A stretch of DNA of 64,000 nt from Candidatus Poribacteria bacterium (GTDB lineage: Bacteria; Poribacteria; WGA-4E; PCPOR2b). A program made the position numbers and the translations under genes. Under the pieces are notes generated by a model. It was not told the DNA's origin and searched no databases. It was given only the letters and a program-made list of their open reading frames with translations. The stretch is from NCBI GenBank assembly GCA_965116925.1, contig OZ220744.1, positions 3,264,001 to 3,328,000 on the forward strand. The letters run 5' to 3'. The first letter of the stretch is position 1; each line of letters begins with the position of its first letter. Shown here piece by piece: positions 60,353 to 64,000 of the stretch.

Positions 60353-62497
60353 TCACTCTGTTTTGGGTTGAAGCCTGAAATAGGCACCTTCATCAGATTC
60401 AAAGGCCTTCAGCTCAAGGTTGTTTCGCGCTGCGGCTTCACCCGCTATAGCCAGTCCCAAACCTGTTCCGTCGGGTTTGGTGGAAAACTGAGGTTCAAAG
60501 ATTATTTCACTGTCAATGAGGTCCGGTGCAATTCCCGGTCCGGTGTCACGATAGTCGATATGAATCAGGGAGTTACCGTCTGTCAGGAGCTCAATGCTGA
60601 TTTGCCGTACAGGAATCTTTTTCTCAACCATCCAATAAAGGCTATTATCAATAAGATTTGTGAAAATTGCGTAAATATCTTGGGACCAAGCGGAGAATTT
60701 GAAGTCGTCAGGGCCTTTAATTTCAGCGGATACGTTGTGGGATTTCATTTCATTTTCAAAGACAGAAAGCGTGTTCTTTATAGTTTGTTTCAGTTTCACC
60801 GGCTTTCTTGCACCGCGTTTTCCTGCTGCCAGCGGATCAAGCCTGCGGAAAAGTGTTACAAAAAACTCCATATTCTCCTCAATGCCATCGGCAATCGAAA
60901 GCAATTTTTCAAGTTTTCCCAAATCTCCGGTTTTCTGAAATGATTCGTTCCAGTACCTAAGGTTCGGTATTTGGTTGCGGAAGTAGCCGAGCGGTTGGCT
61001 GCCTTCATGGACGATGACATTGAGAAGCTTCCCCAAGGTAGCCTGGCTTTGATAAACCGCCACAGCTTGGTAGATTGCATCAGCGACTTTATTTTTATCT
61101 TCCTCATCCTGACTGATAATCTCAATGATTTCATCGGTAGTTATTTTGTCAACCGTACTCTTGTCAAGTCTCGTCTGTATGTCCCATTTCAACTGATCAA
61201 ACGAAAAAAGCCGTTCTAGTTCTCGTTCCACTTTGAGGGCAGATCGGCTCAGACCTACCTTTCTTCTGTAAGCAAAACGTCGCCATTCAAGTTCAGTGAT
61301 GACCCCCATTGTGATTTTCTTCAGTTGATCGAAAGCCTTGTTTTCCTTGAGTCCATCCCTTGCACTTTTTTCAATCAAGCCGGATGGATACTCAGACTCA
61401 ATCTGCACGTACCCAATTACTTGGTTGCTGCTGATGCATTGTGTGGGGTTCTGGATACGGCGCGCATTCAGTTTGAGCCAGTCAAAGTCAGCATCGCCTA
61501 GTGGCCTTATACGAAATCCGTTCCGATAAACACCGATGCCGTTGTATGCGTTCAGAAGCTGCCTGGCCTGGTTCTTTCCAACATAGCTGCCGGATCCATC
61601 CTTGAGACCACGGCCAATCAAGGATTCAATGGCTTCCTTCTCACGGTCATACACTCGGATATCGATATCAAGTTCACCGCAGCCAGTCCGCTCTCCAAAA
61701 TCGAATGCAATCTGTTCTTCCCCAATATTACGGGCTTTCTGCGATGAATATGTCAGGGTCCCTTTGCCGTTGTCGCTGATGTGCCCTGAAATTTTGTAGT
61801 CAAAAAGATCGAAAAGTAGGTAGGGTTCGACAAATTCCTTGATGTCCTCCACCGTCGGAAAACTGTTAACTGTTAAGTGTATACGGAATTCATCATTGCT
61901 GAAAACACGGCTCACCGGCGAGGTCAATTTCTTCAGTTCAAACCGAAGCTTATCAAACCGTTCTTGATCCCATTCGGCAAGAAGTTCCTTATCTCCATTC
62001 ATGGTTAGCCGCGTACCCGACGGTTCGGAGACTTTTGCTGTTTCAATGAAGATTTCCACATCATCCAGATACTGAGCGGTGTCGAATTTGCCCCATTCGA
62101 GATAGGTTGTTGTTTTCTCACCTTCAGAAGTGACAGTTTCAAGAAGTAGGTCTATGCCGAGAATGGAAGCAGCATAGCGTCCCACACCTTTGTGTCCCTG
62201 CAGAATCCTTCCGGAAGGACTTTGGTGCCTTTCAAGTTTGTCCTCGGTTGATGGGACCAGCCACTTATTGATAACATCCTCTCTTGACATGCCGTGACCG
62301 TGATCGGAGATAACGATAGTATATCCACCGCGGTCGTGAGATGCCTTGAATTCTATGTTCACATCAGGAGAATCGGCATCATAAGCGTTTTTAACCAACT
62401 CGAGGACAGCCGCATAATTGTCCTGAATAAGATCTCGACCGATGGTCAAAATGTGCCGCCCCGCAGGTCTAATTTTATAGGTGGTGTCGGTGTTCAT
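60353..62497 (-). CDS. GHKL (Hsp90/MORC-like) ATPase fused to a histidine kinase
   Basis: N-terminal ELVKNAYDAD, DHGHGM, GHKGVGR; C-terminal H-box IVHEG.QPL, NLIDNS, DTGPGI, FEP.FSTK, GTGLGL; no TM segment. Confidence 0.9.
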   Translation of the reverse strand: MNTDTTYKIRPAGRHILTIGRDLIQDNYAAVLELVKNAYDADSPDVNIEFKASHDRGGYTIVISDHGHGMSREDVINKWLVPSTEDKLERHQSPSGRILQGHKGVGRYAASILGIDLLLETVTSEGEKTTTYLEWGKFDTAQYLDDVEIFIETAKVSEPSGTRLTMNGDKELLAEWDQERFDKLRFELKKLTSPVSRVFSNDEFRIHLTVNSFPTVEDIKEFVEPYLLFDLFDYKISGHISDNGKGTLTYSSQKARNIGEEQIAFDFGERTGCGELDIDIRVYDREKEAIESLIGRGLKDGSGSYVGKNQARQLLNAYNGIGVYRNGFRIRPLGDADFDWLKLNARRIQNPTQCISSNQVIGYVQIESEYPSGLIEKSARDGLKENKAFDQLKKITMGVITELEWRRFAYRRKVGLSRSALKVERELERLFSFDQLKWDIQTRLDKSTVDKITTDEIIEIISQDEEDKNKVADAIYQAVAVYQSQATLGKLLNVIVHEGSQPLGYFRNQIPNLRYWNESFQKTGDLGKLEKLLSIADGIEENMEFFVTLFRRLDPLAAGKRGARKPVKLKQTIKNTLSVFENEMKSHNVSAEIKGPDDFKFSAWSQDIYAIFTNLIDNSLYWMVEKKIPVRQISIELLTDGNSLIHIDYRDTGPGIAPDLIDSEIIFEPQFSTKPDGTGLGLAIAGEAAARNNLELKAFESDEGAYFRLQPKTE

Positions 62498-62617
62498 AGC
62501 GAATTTGCCCTCAACTTTTCTGCGGTTTTTAATCTAAGGCATTTATTCCAGTATAGCATCAATGATTCAAAAAGCCCATTCAATCCGGCTTTGACCTCAA
62601 TCGCGTTGGAAAACGCT

Positions 62618-62695
62618 TTATTGATTTATTACCTCTCCCAATAACAACTTCGACAGCAGCGCGTCTCAAATTTGAGAGAAGGTGCAGGATTGTTC
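62618..62695 (-). pseudogene. Decayed copy of an hsdS 3' end
   Basis: Translates EQSCTFSQI*DALLSKLLLGEVINQ*, resembling the HsdS C-terminal pattern E.S.TL..LRD.LLPKLLSGE. Confidence 0.65.
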
Positions 62696-62724
62696 AGGGG
62701 ATTCTGATCAGCCAGCGAATGAGG

Positions 62725-63999
62725 TTACAACCCCTCAAAGAAATTGCGAAAAATATTAATGAGATCATGGCGAGCTCTCGAATTATGTTGGCGTTCATTA
62801 CCTCCCCAGAGCCGTTCTTCATACGCGCGAATCCAATCTCCCCATGAACTCTCCATTTGCTCACGTGTAACATTTAAGCAGGTCCATAACTGCGTGAGTT
62901 CTTTCTGACTGCGAAGCATGGTAATTGCACGTTGGGTTATACTGTAGTCCTCAGAAAGAAAAGTCAACGGGACATTATTAAATGTAGAAAAGATATCCTG
63001 CTGATCTGAAGCGATTCTTGATGCTAATTCATGAACACTCAGTGCCATATAATATGCAACCAGTGAAGTCCGGTATTCCGATTCATCTCCGAAGATGGGA
63101 TCCAACCACTCCCATTTTTCATAAGCCGTAGATAGATAATGCCAACTTTCTGTACAATTATTCCCAAGCGATTCAGACCACCCCATAAGTTCACGCCTTT
63201 TCCAGACGTGAAGGCGATCTGTTGTATATAAACCAGGAATTTTAACCCATGCGAGACTCAAGGCAAGATCTAACTGATTTGTGATTAGGCTGATTCCCCC
63301 GTGCAAACTATGGTAGATATATCCTAATGCAAAAGCAAGGTCCCCCCAGACTACAGGACCGGCAACTCTCCGGCCAACAGTGTCGGGCAGATCCTCAAGG
63401 GTAGACCTCTGATCCCTAAATTGTTCCATCTTGGATTCAACCCCGGCTAGAGCAACAGCAATTACGGGTGAAATAATCCCAACCGCCTCATCCACAGTCT
63501 CAAGCTTCTCTTTACCTGTTGGCGTTTCTCCAACCAGTCCCTCTTGTCGTCGTTGTACCAAAGAATTGAACGCCTTTGGCTTAATTCGTTTGACGAGTTG
63601 TCGCCAGCCGATCTCATCCCCTGTACGACTAATCTCAACTGCTGCGTAGTACGCGTTGGAGGCAGATTCAACTTGATCTGGAATTTCAGGCAGTTGAGTC
63701 TCTGTCTCTTCAGAAGGTGATGTCCCCTTTCTAGAAGATAATTGATCAAATAGACTTTCTCCCAAAGGAGGCTTCCTTTCAACTGGCACCTCGTAGAGTT
63801 TGTGAAGCAAATCATTGAATTTCTCATTAAATTGGCTATCATCTGTAAAGTCAATGTAAACTCGTCCACCTAAAAATGTTGGCATTTTCTCCTGCCTTGA
63901 CACCTGACGACTTATGGGAATAAATTTGTCAATCCCCAAATTTTCAACAAGCTGTGCAGTTACAATCTGCACCTCGTATCCAACCCCACCTTTGCGGTC
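62725..63999 (-). CDS. TIR/SEFIR domain protein, N-terminus outside the window
   Basis: Frame is open to the edge: DRKGGVGYEVQIVTAQL...KFIPI...PTFLGGRVYIDF...KPPLG, then an unknown helical domain. Confidence 0.8.
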   Translation of the reverse strand, partial: DRKGGVGYEVQIVTAQLVENLGIDKFIPISRQVSRQEKMPTFLGGRVYIDFTDDSQFNEKFNDLLHKLYEVPVERKPPLGESLFDQLSSRKGTSPSEETETQLPEIPDQVESASNAYYAAVEISRTGDEIGWRQLVKRIKPKAFNSLVQRRQEGLVGETPTGKEKLETVDEAVGIISPVIAVALAGVESKMEQFRDQRSTLEDLPDTVGRRVAGPVVWGDLAFALGYIYHSLHGGISLITNQLDLALSLAWVKIPGLYTTDRLHVWKRRELMGWSESLGNNCTESWHYLSTAYEKWEWLDPIFGDESEYRTSLVAYYMALSVHELASRIASDQQDIFSTFNNVPLTFLSEDYSITQRAITMLRSQKELTQLWTCLNVTREQMESSWGDWIRAYEERLWGGNERQHNSRARHDLINIFRNFFEGL

Positions 64000-64000
64000 A

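Noticed and set aside
739..63869. Numerous 60-200 aa ORFs overlapping the called genes in antisense or alternate frames
   Set aside because: No recognisable motifs or RBS; explained as shadow ORFs of well-supported genes.

Overview
64-kb bacterial chromosomal segment, mostly mid-GC with an AT-richer stretch at about 59.2-64 kb. The gene content suggests a Poribacteria-like lineage, but this is inference only: five secreted TolB/PD40 beta-propeller paralogues ending in a 'VS..G....WG.[IL]K' tail, three Gfo/Idh/MocA oxidoreductases, amidohydrolases, a CehA/McbA hydrolase and PhoX. Core genes are an extended moaA-sufCB-[VapBC]-sufD-grx-[foreign HExxH gene]-sufS-sufU-Rieske-sufT-DUF971-rhodanese-Zn-ribbon cluster, dnaE, an XPB-like helicase, MoxR and ftsX. 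Two things stand out. (1) At the right end is a putative defence locus upstream of a type I R-M hsdR: a TIR/SEFIR protein, a decayed hsdS 3'-end scar, a GHKL(MORC-like)-ATPase/histidine-kinase fusion, and a receiver protein whose C-terminal domain looks MazF/PemK-like by eye, i.e. possibly a phosphorelay-gated toxin. (2) The intergenic DNA holds about 13 classes of GTAG-REP hairpins carried inside at least six families of TIR-bounded MITE shells. These nest in one another; one family resembles Correia elements and has disrupted a gene with a TA duplication. No transposase/RAYT, tRNA, rRNA or CRISPR array was recognised. All family calls come from motif recognition by eye, with no database searches.
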